64,000 nt of DNA from Eledone cirrhosa (GCA_964016885.1 OZ024748.1:29264001-29328000); one strand, 5' to 3'; shown: positions 24,086-38,195, counted from the first letter of the stretch. Notes: a model not told the origin generated them from the sequence alone. Made by a program: numbers and translations.

Positions 24086-25410
24086 ATGGAGCAACTGAAA
24101 AGTTCTCTTGACCTTTTGTTTGGCAAGTTTTCTTGGCTGGATGACATTCCTATCACTTTACAGAGTATAAAAACAGGGGCTAAAAAATTCATAGGCTTAC
24201 TATGAAGGAGTGATGTTTGGGCTGTGTAATCTTGCATGCATGAATTTCAACTCCTATTAATAAGTGCACTGTTTCTTTCCAGCTAAACAAACATCTGACA
24301 GTTCAAAGAAGAAAATGGACAAAATTTGGCATCGTGGTGTTATCAAGTACCTGCAGAAAAAGGGTTTAACCTCCAAGGACATTCGTGCTGAGATGGTTGC
24401 TACATTAGGGGATGACGCTCCAGCTTTATCAACAGTGCAAAAGTGGGTAGCTGAATTTAGGAAGGGAAGAGAAAATCTTGAAGATGGCCCAAGATCTGGA
24501 CGTCCTGCAACTGCCACCACCGAGGGAAACATTGATCGTGTTCACCACATGGTGATGGATGACAGGCGATTGACTATAAATCAAATAGCCAATGCTATTT
24601 GCATATCCCGTGAGAGAGTTGAGAATATTCTGCACAATGAACTTGGCATGACAAAGGTTTCTGCTCGGTGGGTGCCACACCTTCTGACACCTGATCAAAA
24701 GCACACTAGGCTGATCATATCACAGAAAAATCTGACATTGTTTGAGGCAGATCCAGCTGGTTTCCTTGAACGTTTTTTAACCCAGGATGAGTATTGGGTT
24801 CATCACTTTGAGCCAGAAACAAAAATACACCCCTCCTCACCTGCTCCAAAGAAGGCCAAGGTCGTTTCATCTGCAGGGAAGGTGATGGCTTCAGTTTTTT
24901 GGGATGCAAAAGGCATTGTATTTATTGACTATCTTCAAAAGGGCCGCACCATCAATGGAGAGTACTACGCCAACTTGTTGAGGCAGTTACAAAAGGCTAT
25001 CAAGACCAAACGCCCAGGAAAACTGACAAAAGGGGTTTTGTTTCACCAGGACATTGCACCAGCACACCAGTCCTTGGTTTCAATGGCTGTTGTGCATGAC
25101 TGTGGTTTTGAATTGGTTCATCACCCTCCCTATTCTCCTGATTTGGCCCCATCTGACTACCATCTATTCCCCAACATGAAAAAACTCTTGGCTGGAAACC
25201 AGTATCACAGTGATGATGACGTCATAACTGCTGTTGATGACTTTTTTGACCAACAGGATGAAAGCTTCTTCACCAATGGGATCCAAGCATTGCACCACCG
25301 GTGGAAGAAGTGTGTGGACTGCAAGGGTGATTATGTTGAAAAATAAAGCTCATTTGGTCACATTCTATAAGAGTATCTAGGTCAGCCTTAGAACTTTTCA
25401 GCTTACCCCC
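24086..25410 (+). mobile_element. mariner (DD34D) transposon, open transposase frame 24264-25346
   Basis: WVPHLL, TQDEYW, FHQDIAPAH, YSPDLAPSDYHLF; TIR core ctgaaaagttct at 24095 and inverted at ~25390. Confidence 0.9.
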
Positions 25411-25595
25411 CCCTTACCCCAGATATATATATATATATCTGAGGTAGATGGACATAAAGTTACGTTGTCCTCATCCATAGAGGGGGAGCGCCAAGCAAAG
25501 GAGATGTAAATAAATAGAGAGGAAAGGAAAGTCATTTGTTTAGAGAGAGAGTGTGTGTGACAGAAAGAGGGAAAATAACAACAAAAAAATGTATT

Positions 25596-25959
25596 CATCA
25601 TCATCATCATACGTCTGCTTTTCTCTGCTTGCAAGGGTGGGACAGGAACTGATTCTGGTTTGATTTCTACAGCTGGATGCCCTTCCTAACACCAATCTCA
25701 TTTACAGTGAGTGCTGGGGTTTTTTTTCCGTGGCGCCTACATGTCCACTTTTACAGTGTGGGCTGGGTGCTTTTTGCCGTGGCACTTCCACGACCACTTT
25801 GCAGTGGAATGATAGGGACCCCAGTCCCTATCATCTCATTTCTACAGCTGAGTAAACTGTGTCTTGCTCAAGGAAACAACACATCACCCTGTCTGAGAAT
25901 TGAACTCACAACCTTTCGATTGCAAGGCCAATGCTCTAACCACTAAGCCATGTGCCTCC
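25596..25959 (-). mobile_element. tRNA-derived SINE with CORE-like domain and RTE tail
   Basis: Minus: A box tggcttagtgg, B box gagttcaattc, ccttgagcaagacac, (ATG)n tail. Confidence 0.9.
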
Positions 25960-26244
25960 GTATTGTAGTAGATAAATAATTTTTATGTTTTTCAGGAAAT
26001 ATCAATGAACTCAGAAATGTTGAAACTTATCAATGTTTAGAATGATATAATTTTGTTTATATATATAATCACTTTCCTTATACATTTCTGTGAAAAACAC
26101 TTTCAATTTCTTTACTTTATTGACCATGACTTCTTGTATTTCTTTGGGACTAGCATCCTACATTGATGTCCTGAGGATACATTAGTGTTACCTGTTTACA
26201 TTAAAATTTAAACGTGTGTAGATGTTAATAAAATGATTTGAAAT

Positions 26245-29200
26245 CATCATCATCATCATCATCACCGTTTTTACGTCCGTTGTTCCATGTTAGCATGGGT
26301 TAGACGGGTTGTCCTGTTGTAGGCAGTGTCTGGTCAGCTGACCATGCCTTGCTCATACAGGAAATGATTTGGCTTGATTTCTACAGCTGGATGCCCTTCC
26401 TAACACCAACCTCATTTACAGTGAGTGCTGGGTGCTTTTTCGTGGTGCCTACACGTCCACTTTACAGTGTGGGCTGGGTGCTTTTTTGCCGTGGCACCTC
26501 CACGACCAACTTGCGGTTGGGGGTGTGGGGGCATATTGTCTATATGCTTCAGCTTGTACCCATGGGAGGTCGGGTACTCTGTATTACTGCGTGACGCCAG
26601 AGGTCATGGTCAGGTATCATCGCCTTTGAGAGGTGTAATTGGGTAAGGTCGGCTTTTATCACCTCATCCCAGGTCATCTTGGGTCTCCCCACTCCGTGGT
26701 TTCCATCGACTTCTAGTGCTCTGCACCATTTTATGCAGCTGTCATCCTTCATACGCATCACATGTCCATACCAGCGCAACCGCCTCTCCTGCACACAACA
26801 TTTGATTCCTCTTATGCTCAGTCTCTCTCTCAATTCATTTATGCTTTGTTGTTCACGTATATTACTATTACACATCCATCGGAGCATGCAGGCTTCATTT
26901 CTCTCTAATCTACGTAAGTCTTCCACCTTCAGCGCCCAGGTCTCACTACCATGCAACATCGCTGTTTGGATACACGCATCATACAGTTTGCCTTTCATTT
27001 TGAGGGAGAAGCCTTTTGCAGCTAGCAGTGGTAGTAGTTCCCTAAACTTCTTCCATCCCGTTCTTACCCTAGTTATTGTACTTTCCGAACACCCACCTCC
27101 GCTGCTAATTCGGTCACCTAGGTAGCAGAAGCTGTCTACTGTTTCTACAGAGCCCTCCCAGAGATTGGTGGTACTTGTTTCCTGTGGTTGTTTGCTGCTT
27201 GCTGTCCCAGCACAGCTGCTGCATGTGAAGCCTATATTCTTAATTAAGCTTCCTGAGATCCCGCTACATCTCTTGTGTACCCATTGTTTGCATTTGGGGC
27301 AGAGAATGGAGTTTCTACCTACACCTTTCCTACATACTGAGCAAGGCCATTTCCCTGAGGGGATCTGGGTTCTGTTTTCTCGTCTACTTACATGGACCTT
27401 AGTCTTTGTCATGGTGACTTTGAGACCCTTTCTTTCTAGTCCCTGCTTCCAAGTTTGGAATTTCTTCTCTAGTTCTACCATAGATTCAGCTATAAGTGCG
27501 AGGTCATCAGCATACAGGAGTTCCCATGGGCATCCGGTCTTAAACTCCTCCGTTATTGCCTGCAGGACTATGATGAACAGGAGGGGGCTAAGAACAGAGC
27601 CCTGGTGGACCCCAACCTGTACGCTAAATTCCTTGCTATACTCATTGCTAATCCTAACTTTGCTGACTGCTCCCCTATACATGGCTTGTACCGCTTTCAC
27701 AAGCCATTCATCTACTCCTAGTTTTCTAAGAGCCCACCAGATTACAGCACGTGGAACTCTGTCAAAGGCTTTCTCAAGGTCGACAAATGCCAGGTAGAGT
27801 GGCTTACTTTTAGCTAGGTACTTTTCCTGTAACTGCCTCACAAGGAAGAGGGCATCAGTGGTGCCTCTTCCTGGTACAAACCCAAATTGCATCCCGTCTA
27901 GTTTCACCCGGTCCCTAATCAACTGTGCTATAACTCTTTCTGTTACTTTCATGACCTGGTCCATCAGCTTTATACCTCTATAGTTTCCTCTATCTAGTGC
28001 ATCACCTTTACCTTTGTAGCAGTTGACAATGATGCTACTGCACCAATCTTTTGGTATGACACCTAGTATTACCTGGTTAACAATACGTGTGGTTATAGTG
28101 TGACCTACAGACCCAGATGCTTTCAGCATCTCGGCAGCTATACCCGATGGACCGGTTGCCTTCCTCATCTTCATATCTTTGATTGCCTTACTACGTTGCT
28201 GCTGACTTGTACTGCTGGCCCCTCTATAGGGTCTACTTGGGGTAGGGTCTCTTCTTCCCATGCATTCTCCTCATTTAGTAATCTATCATAATGACTCTTC
28301 CATGCATCTTTCTTCTCAGCACTTGTGAGGGCAAGCTCACCTTTATCATTCCGGATACACTTCTCTCCAATGACATCACAACTCTCTCTGATACACTGCC
28401 TCACAATCTTGAACACCTCCTGTTTCTGGTCCTCACGTTGCAAAACATGCTTGAATTTTCTATCCTCTGCTTCCCTCCTAGCTAAGTATACTTGTCGCCT
28501 AGCTTCCCTCTTGGTCTCTATGTAATGTACCCTGCTCCCTCCATTCTTCCATTCTTTCCATGCCTGTCTCTTGGCCTTAACTGCCTCATCTACCTTATTG
28601 TTCCACCACCAAGTCACTTTCCTCTTGCTTGAGGTCTTACTCCAGCCACAGACCTCATCCGTCGCCTCTAGTACGTTATTTTTTAGGAACTCCCAGTTCT
28701 CTTCTATATTGAATGTCTCTATCTGTTCTTCTTTACTGTCGTAGGCGTTGAGTAAAATATCTTTAAATCTGTTACTGGTTGAGGGGTCTTTCAGCTTCCA
28801 GATCTTTCTTCTCCAGGTTCGTCTAGTTCTGACTGAGGTCGCTGACAACTAAGCTATGTTGGGATGTACATTCCTCACTAGGGAAGGCTTTTGTGTTTAC
28901 GACCGTCCATCTGTCACGTCCTCTGATGAGGATAAAATCTATCTGTCTAGAGTGCTCCCCTGATCTATAGGTGATCAGGTGGTTGTCGGGTTTTTTAAAG
29001 TTTGTGTTACATATCGACATGTCATTGGCGTCGCAGAATTCTAGAAGTCTTCCTCATTTCTTGTGCCAACCCCATGTACTCTATTGAAGCCTTCGCGGTG
29101 TTTACCTACGTGTCCGTTAAAATCTCCTGCGATGATTAGGAAGTCCTTGTCGTCTGTTAGAGCAGTAGTGTGCATTAGGGACTCGTAAAACCTATCCTTA

Positions 29201-29620
29201 AGTTTGTCTGGCAGCCCCGATTGGGGTGCGTAAGCTGATATTATTGTGGTAATTGTTTTATTCAGGACTAGTCTGAGTTTAATGATTCTTGCATTTACCC
29301 TGTACACTGAGATTACTTTATCTACCCACTTGTCAGCTAGTAGTATACCTACACCACCCATCCCATCGTCATTTCCCACCCAGAAAAATTTGTAGCACCG
29401 ACTTTTTCCTACAAGGACTCTAGCAGACTCTCCTCTCCATCTAGTCTCTTGCACACAGCATACATCAATTTCCTTTCGCTCTCGCATTTCTACGATTTCT
29501 CCTGCTCTTCCTTTCATTGAGCCTACATTTATGGTACCAACTCGGCGTTTTGGGCATTTGTTGAGACTCGTAGGGAAGGGTCTCTGGATTGGTGCTTCAC
29601 ATGGGTGCTTGGTAGCTCAT
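26245..29620 (-). mobile_element. Near full-length RTE LINE (APE + RT), frameshifted
   Basis: ORFs 29041-29517 (CVQETRW, AGDFNGH), 28823-29020, 28171-28848, 26549-28261 (YADD); 3' UTR and (ATG)n tail. Confidence 0.95.
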
Positions 29621-29899
29621 CTTTGATTTAGATATATAGGGTTTTACACTCTATACATTTTGTATATATGTGCATGTATGTATGCATGCATATATATACA
29701 CACCTTACGTGTAAACCCGCATACACACACAAAGACAAAATACACATATACCAGTATATATAATATAATATATACACCTATAACAAATACAAGCAAATAT
29801 ACGTACGAGAAAGTATACGTACCTTCAGAAAACATACAGGTAATGTATACTTATCTATACAAATAAGTAATGGTATAAACATAAAATATACTACCACAT

Positions 29900-30870
29900 C
29901 AAGACGTAAATTATCCACGTATTGTTCGTACTATCCGTTAGGGTATAATGTGGGGCTGTAATACAGGAAAGTTTTATGCAATTTATGTTTACAAGCTGAA
30001 ATTGCCTCAGATTTTTTGTTTAAGATGTGTCATTGGCGTAGAGTATTTCCAGGGCTTCAGCAGCGCAAAGATCGCATGGTCTTTTATTTCCATTATACGA
30101 TCCAGCCTTAGCTAGGATCTCCCAGTGTAACTTATATTGGGTGTGGTTGTCTTTTAGACTCCAGATATAAGCTGAAAGTGACGTCATATTCTTTCTTAAA
30201 GGGTTAAGAAAAGAATGGGTGTGCATGTAAAGACGCTGCTTGAATCTATTGGCAGTTAACCCTATGTAGGGACGTGGGTGTTTCGACCTTACATTTGTAG
30301 ACAATGTTACTGGAGAGGCATTTCCCGGATAAGGGGCAGTCAACCCAATTCCTACAATTACAGTTAGTACTAGCTATAGGGTTGCACGTGTTCCTATGGC
30401 TAGGTAATTTGGCTAAATTTGAAGCAGTGATGTTATGTGCAAGGTTAGGAGTCGTAGAGTAAGAAATTTTAATGGTATTTCTATTAAAAATGTTATATTT
30501 ATGTGCTGAGGGGAAATTCTTAATATGGGAGAGAAAGATCTAAGCTAATGGTGTGGCCACCTCCATATTATATGGTGGGTTATACCATATAATGCGTTGG
30601 GATCTATTTTTCCTTGGTCTATGCTCATAAATAGTATATGCTACCTTATCGACAAATCCACTCCGAGCAAGAGCTTCATTATAATATGTGGAAGGGTTGG
30701 TGAAAATATGCTTGTTTGTAGATAGACGAGAAAGCCTCAAAGAAATGTTTCTTACCAGATTCTTGGTTATGCTGGCAGGATGGTTAGAATACTTATTTAT
30801 GTAATTAAGCGTATCATTCGGCTTTCTATACGGGTAGTGCAAGCCATTCGAAAAATTGAGGGTAACGACC
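29900..30870 (-). mobile_element. Penelope-like element fragment (RT thumb + GIY-YIG), decayed
   Basis: YRKPNDTLNYINKYSNHP, IIWYNPPY, YIGLTANRFKQR..H..SF, CDLC..E. Confidence 0.85.
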
Positions 30871-31448
30871 GAGAGGTTGGCCTCAACCTATATGGAGAGG
30901 TTGGCCTCAAACTGTATGGAGAGGTTGAAGCCTATATACATATATATATATGCTCAGGTGCAATAAATAGTTTTGTCTTTGTGTGTAATTGTTCTCATCG
31001 CTCCACATAACGATGTATCATCTTTGCTTTTTTTCCATTCATTGCCAGGGAACGTCTCCACGAACCAAAGTATCGTCTGCCTGTTTTCCTTCCGTTGCAA
31101 CGTTTTTCAAAATATTTCTGCGTTCACAGATTGATTTTTTTTAGTTTCAGAAGATCCCGTTAAAGGTGAAAGCAGCGATTCTTTGCTTAAACTTTAATCT
31201 GTCATTTTAATAATAAATATTTGCTCTAGGGTTCTTATATATTTGATATATATTTAGCCTTATTGAGCCCTCTTTGGATTTTAGTCTTCAAATTTATTAT
31301 TATTACTATATACATATATATATATATATATATACATATATATGTATATACATACATATATATGTATATATACATACATATATATGTATATAAAAATGTA
31401 TGTATATACATACATATATATGTATATACATACATATATATGTATATA

Positions 31449-31885
31449 CATCATCATCACCGTTTTACGTCCGTTCTTCCATGCTAGCATGGGTTAGACG
31501 GGTTGTCCTGCTGTGGGTAGTGTCCGGTCGGCTGACCTTGATTTGCTCATACGGGAACTGATTCTAGCTTGATTTCTACAGCTGGATGCCCTTCCTAACA
31601 CCAACCTCATTTACAGTGAGTGCTGGGTGCTTTTTTTGTCGTGGCACCTTCACGTCCACTTTACAATGTGGGCTGGGTGCTTTTTTGCCATGGCACCTCC
31701 ATGACCACTTTGCAGTGGAATGATAGGGACGCCAGTTCTATCATCTCATTTCTACAGCTAAGCAAACTGGAGCAATGTCAAATAAAGTGTCTTGCTCAAG
31801 GAAACAGCACATCACCCGGTCGGAGAATTGAACTCACAATCTTTCGATTGCATGCCCAATGCTCTAACCAGTAAGCCATGTGCCT

Positions 31886-31888
<3 letters not shown>
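31449..31888 (-). mobile_element. tRNA-derived SINE copy
   Basis: Same head/CORE-like body as 25596-25959 but with the tail type of the 26245 RTE. Confidence 0.85.
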
Positions 31889-31959
<71 letters not shown>

Positions 31960-31970
31960 TATATATATAT

Positions 31971-32002
<32 letters not shown>

Positions 32003-32055
32003 ATATATATTATATATATATATATATTATATATATATATATATATATATTATAT

Positions 32056-34550
32056 CATCATCATCATCATCATCAACGTTTAACGTCCGTGTTCCACGCT
32101 TGCATGGGTTTGGACGGGGGTAGTCCCACTTGAGGCAAGAGTGATTGTCTTGCTCGCATAGGACTGTCTGGCAGGTTTTCTACAGTTGGATGCCCTTCCT
32201 AACACCAACCACATTTACAGTGTGGGTCTGGGAGGTTTTTACCGTGTTGCCTACACGGCCACATTACAGCGTGGACTGTGTGTTTTTTTTGTCATGACAC
32301 CTACACGATCTCATTTGTTTCGGCCTCGATGGCGCGGCACCAACATAACTTTACATAGAACGGGGTGGGGTGGGGGTGGGACGGGGTGTATTTTGTTAGA
32401 GATGCCTACTGGCTGGAGTAGGTTTTATTATATATATATATATATTATATATATACTCTTTTACCTGTTTCAGCCATCCGGCTGAGGCCATGCTGGGGCA
32501 CCGCCCTTGGATATATATATATATATATATTCATCATTTCATTTTACGTCCGCTTTTCCCTGCTTGCAAAGGTGGGACGGGAACTGATTCTGGCTTGATT
32601 TCTACAGCTGGATGCCCTTCCTAACACCAACCTCATTTACAGTGAGTGCTGGGTGCTTTTTTACCGTGGCACCTACACGTCCACTTTACAGTGTGGGCTG
32701 GGTGCTTTTTTTCCATGGCACCTCCACGACCACTTTACAGTGGAATGATAGGGACCTCAGTCCCTATAATCTCATTTCTACAGCTGAGTAAACTGGAGCA
32801 ATGTGAAATAAAGTGTCTTGCTCAAGGAAACAACACATCACCCGGTCTGAGAATTGAACTCACAACCTTTCGATTGTAAGGCCAATGCTCTAACCACTAA
32901 GCCATGTGCCTTCATATATACATATATATAAATACATACATACATGGAATAGAATGAAACGAAATTTCATTTCTCACTCTTAGTTCGGCACTTACTTAAA
33001 TGTAAGTATGTAAGTTTACAAACAAACAAACCGAGCATTATAATAAATGTTCGGTGAACCGATACGTGCATATATATATGTGTGTACATATATACATACT
33101 ACTGTACGTCTGTCTACATATATGTATGTACGTATACATACATACATACTTATATAAATACATATATATATAAATACATATATATAAATACATACATATA
33201 TACATACATAAATACATATATATATAAATACATATATATATAAATACATACGTATCATCATCATCATCATCATCAACGTTTAACGTCCGTGTTCCACGCT
33301 TGCATGGGTTTGGACGGGGGTAGTCCCACTTGAGGCAAGAGTGATTGTCTTGCTCGCATAGGACTGTCTGGCAGGTTTTCTACAGTTGGATGCCCTTCCT
33401 AACACCAACCACATTTACAGTGTGGGTCTGGGAGGTTTTTACCGTGTTGCCTACACGGCCACATTACAGCGTGGACTGTGTGTTTTTTTTGTCATGACAC
33501 CTACACGATCTCATTTGTTTCGGCCTCGATGGCGCGGCACCAACATAACTTTACATAGAACGGGGTGGGGTGGGGGTGGGACGGGGTGTATTTTGTTAGA
33601 GATGCCTACTGGCTGGAGTAGGTTTTATTATATATATATATATATTATATATATATATATATATATTCATCATTTCATTTTACGTCCGCTTTTCCCTGCT
33701 TGCAAAGGTGGGACGGGAACTGATTCTGGCTTGATTTCTACAGCTGGATGCCCTTCCTAACACCAACCTCATTTACAGTGAGTGCTGGGTGCTTTTTTAC
33801 CGTGGCACCTACACGTCCACTTTACAGTGTGGGCTGGGTGCTTTTTTTCCATGGCACCTCCACGACCACTTTACAGTGGAATGATAGGGACCTCAGTCCC
33901 TATAATCTCATTTCTACAGCTGAGTAAACTGGAGCAATGTGAAATAAAGTGTCTTGCTCAAGGAAACAACACATCACCCGGTCTGAGAATTGAACTCACA
34001 ACCTTTCGATTGTAAGGCCAATGCTCTAACCACTAAGCCATGTGCCTTCATATATACATATATATAAATACATACATACATGGAATAGAATGAAACGAAA
34101 TTTCATTTCTCACTCTTAGTTCGGCACTTACTTAAATGTAAGTATGTAAGTTTACAAACAAACAAACCGAGCATTATAATAAATGTTCGGTGAACCGATA
34201 CGTGCATATATATATGTGTGTACATATATACATACTACTGTACGTCTGTCTACATATATGTATGTACGTATACATACATACATACTTATATAAATACATA
34301 TATATATAAATACATATATATAAATACATACATATATACATACATAAATACATATATATATAAATACATATATATATAAATACATACGTATCATCATCAT
34401 CATCATCATCAACGTTTAACGTCCGTGTTCCACGCTTGCATGGGTTTGGACGGGGGTAGTCCCACTTGAGGCAAGAGTGATTGTCTTGCTCGCATAGGAC
34501 TGTCTGGCAGGTTTTCTACAGTTGGATGCCCTTCCTAACACCAACCACAT
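32056..34550. repeat. Tandem segmental duplication (~1.14-1.2 kb unit: RTE tail + SINE + spacer + microsatellite)
   Basis: Identical ORF translations at offset 1136 (32646/33782, 33016/34152) and a shared ORF start at offset 1200 (32186/33386). Confidence 0.95.
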
Positions 34551-35197
34551 TTACAGTGTGGGTCTGGGAGGTTTTTACCGTGTTGCCTACACGACCACAT
34601 TACAGCGTGGACTGTGTGTTTTTTTGTCGTGACACCTACACGATCTCATTTGTTTCGGCCTGGATGGCGCGGCACCAACATAACTTTACATAGGATGGGG
34701 TGGGGGTGCTGGTGGTGGGACGGGGTGTATTTTGTTAGAGATGCCTACTGGCTGGAGTAGGTTTTACTGTATATTTAGGTAAGGCGGGTCTTCTCTGTTA
34801 CTGAGTACCGCCAAAGGTCTCGGTCCAGTGACATTGTCTTGGAGAGGTGTAAATGTGTGATGTCGGAGTTTATCAGCTCGTCCCAGGTTTTTCTAGGTCT
34901 GCCTATTCCGTGACTACCGTCTATCTTTATTGCCCTGCACTTTGTTATACAGCTATCGACTTTCATGCGCATCACGTGTCCATACCAACGTAGCCTTCTC
35001 TCGAGTAAACAACATCTGATCCCTCTTATCTCTAATTTTTTCCTTAGTTCGTTTATGCTTTGCCGTTCACGTATATTACTGTTACACATCCAGCGGAGCA
35101 TGCAAGCTTCGTTCCTCTCTAGTCTGCGTATATCCTCTGCACACAATGCCCAGGTCTCACTGCCATGCAGCATTGCTGTTCGTATGCAGGCATCGTA
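34391..35197 (-). mobile_element. 5'-truncated RTE LINE
   Basis: [29 protein letters not shown], nearly identical to 61648-62468. Confidence 0.9.
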
Positions 35198-37161
35198 TAT
35201 ATACATATATATAAATACATACATATATATACATATATATAAATACATACATATATATACATATATATAAATACATACATATATATACATATATATATAC
35301 ATACATACATATATATACATATATATAAATACATACATATACGTATATATAAATACATACATATATATACATACATACATATATATACATATATATAAAT
35401 ATATACATATATATATATATATATATAAATACATACATATATATATGTACATTTATATATAAATACATACATCTATATATACATACATATAAATACATAC
35501 ATATATATATAAATACATATACATATAAATACATATACATATATATATATAAATAAACACAAATACATATATACATATAAATACATATACATATATATAT
35601 AAATAAATACAAATACATATATATATATAAATACAGATACATATATATATATATAAATACATATACATATATATATATAAATAAATAAATACAAATACAT
35701 ATAAATATAAATACATATACATATATATATATATATAAATACAAATACATATACATATAAATATATATAAATATATATATATATATAAATACAAATACAT
35801 ATACATATAAATATATATAAATATAAATACATATACATATAAATATAAATACATATAAATACATATACATAAATACATATACATATATACATATATATTT
35901 ATATATGTATATATACATATATACATATACATATATGTAAAGAAAGAAACCCAGGCCTAAGATATATTTATAAATGATGCTAATCTAAAACACATGAAAA
36001 TGTCACAGGTGTGTTTGTCAGATCATCTTCACCAACAAAAGAATTTTTCAAATTCAATATATTTTTTGTGGTTATTGTCGTTATTTGTAGATGATAGTTT
36101 TATTTTCATTTTAATATATCTTCCTCTCAATTTTCAGAATTAAATCAGTTTTACTTTCTGTCTTTTTCTTTTTCTCATTTATAATTGATGCAAGTGGTTT
36201 CTATTTTCATTGATATATGTGGTCTTTAATTGTTCATGAACATAAGTGGGTTTTAATAATTTATAATGTCAGCATCATCATTTATCTAATTAAATAAATG
36301 GCCATATTTGCTTTGTTTCATTTGATTTTTTTAAATGATATAAGTGACTTCAAATGTATAATTTTTTAATGATATAAAATTATTCCTTATTTTATATTCT
36401 TGCTTAGATAATTGGCATTAATTGAGATTTAGATAAATTAATTAAAATATAATCTAAATTTAGGAAAAATAAATCATTTTTAAAAATCCATTTTTTACCA
36501 TCCATGTAAATATCTCCTTATATAACCAATACTAGATTTTCCTATTACATATTTCACCTTATTCTCCTCTCCTCTATTTATCTCTTTCTCATTCGCCCTG
36601 TTCCTTTTATATCTTATTAACAAGTTCTATTCTGATGTACATCCACTTCCCTTCACAATACCATCAATCCCAACTAAAAAAGTTCTTGATTTATGAATAA
36701 AATTTAAAAACATTATAACATAGCTTACTTTCCAATTTTATGTATATATTTACCTTATCATAATGAAAATCTGACGAGTAACTTTGAGAGTATTTTAATA
36801 AAATATTTTATATATATATATATATAAATATATATGTGTGTGTGATTCTGTATATATATATATATATATATATAATACGAAAAAAATGCTGAAGCACCTA
36901 CGCTATATATATTTATATAGATATATCAAATTGGGTATGTTTTGGAAGCCATTACAATGCAGAGAGATTTTAAATATTAAGGTAACAAAATTGAATGAGG
37001 AAGTAGACAGGTGAAAGTATAAAGAAGGGAAGATAAACAAGAAACCAGAGATTATGTTACCTTGGAAATATATATTAATCCTAATATACACTATTCATTT
37101 TTAAAGATGTGTCGGGAAACTTGGGGAGCATCAGAGATGAATTATATGTATATATATATAT

Positions 37162-37556
37162 ATTCTGTATGAAGAACTCAATGTAATCCATATGTTGAAA
37201 ATGTTGTAGGTTAAGCTAAATCTCAGACAATAAAACATTAAAAGGAAAACAGAGTCATGAAATAAAAAATCAAGTCATTAGAGATACACTTCACTGCTTT
37301 ACGATCGTTTCCAGATGGTGACAATACATTGCATCTACACTCAGTCACTGATCTATATAAGTTTACAAACTATCAGATAGAGAGAATATTTACTTACATG
37401 CATATCACCAGCTGTTTTCAAAAGCAATAATAATTTTATTCTGATAGTTTGTAAACTTACACAGATCAACAACTGAGCACAGATACAATGTATTATCACC
37501 ATCCAGAAACGATCAGAAAGCAGTGAAGCACATCTCCAATGACTTGATTCTCTATT
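37162..37556 (-). mobile_element. Non-autonomous Penelope-derived foldback with decayed long-stem-II hammerhead
   Basis: 110-bp inverted arms 37268-37377 / 37440-37549; GAAACGATCG, tgatagtttgta and ggattacattgagttcttcatac shared with the element end at 55729-56040. Confidence 0.8.
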
Positions 37557-37572
37557 TTATTGTTTTAACTTA

Positions 37573-37604
<32 letters not shown>

Positions 37605-38195
37605 CAGTATTTACGTATCGAGAAAGAGAAAAAAAGGGGAGGATAGGTGATAGATATAGTTATTTGCCAAGTAGCGTATGCCAAAGGTGCTTGATACTAG
37701 TGTCGGCAGTATTAAATATTCGATATACATATATATATACATATATATAGTAATAAATATACATATATATATACATATATATAGCAATAAATATACATAT
37801 ATATAGTAATAAATATACATATATATATATACATATATATATATACATATAGTAATAAATATAGATATATATATATACATATATATATATACATACATAT
37901 AGTAATAAATATACATATATATATATACATATATATATATATACATATATATATATACAAACATATATATATATATATACATATATATATGTATACATAC
38001 ATATATATATATACATACATATATATATACATACATATATATATATACATACATATATATATATACATATATATATATACATATATATATATACATATAT
38101 ATATATACATACATATATATATATACATATATATATATACATATATATATATACATATATATATATACATATATATATACATATATATACATATA

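Noticed and set aside
25810-25833. Resemblance of TCCCTATCA to a tet operator half-site
   Set aside because: Half-sites are in the wrong arrangement and belong to a multicopy SINE; no vector context.
25895-25959. tRNA gene
   Set aside because: tRNA-like A/B boxes are the head of a SINE, repeated with the same downstream body in several copies.
26679-27797. Long antisense ORFs over RTE RT (also 59260-60309, 62325-63404)
   Set aside because: Shadow frames of LINE coding sequence with no independent motifs.
36771-36895. CTGACGA..GAAA hammerhead candidate
   Set aside because: No stem III, cleavage triplet or stem I pairing found.
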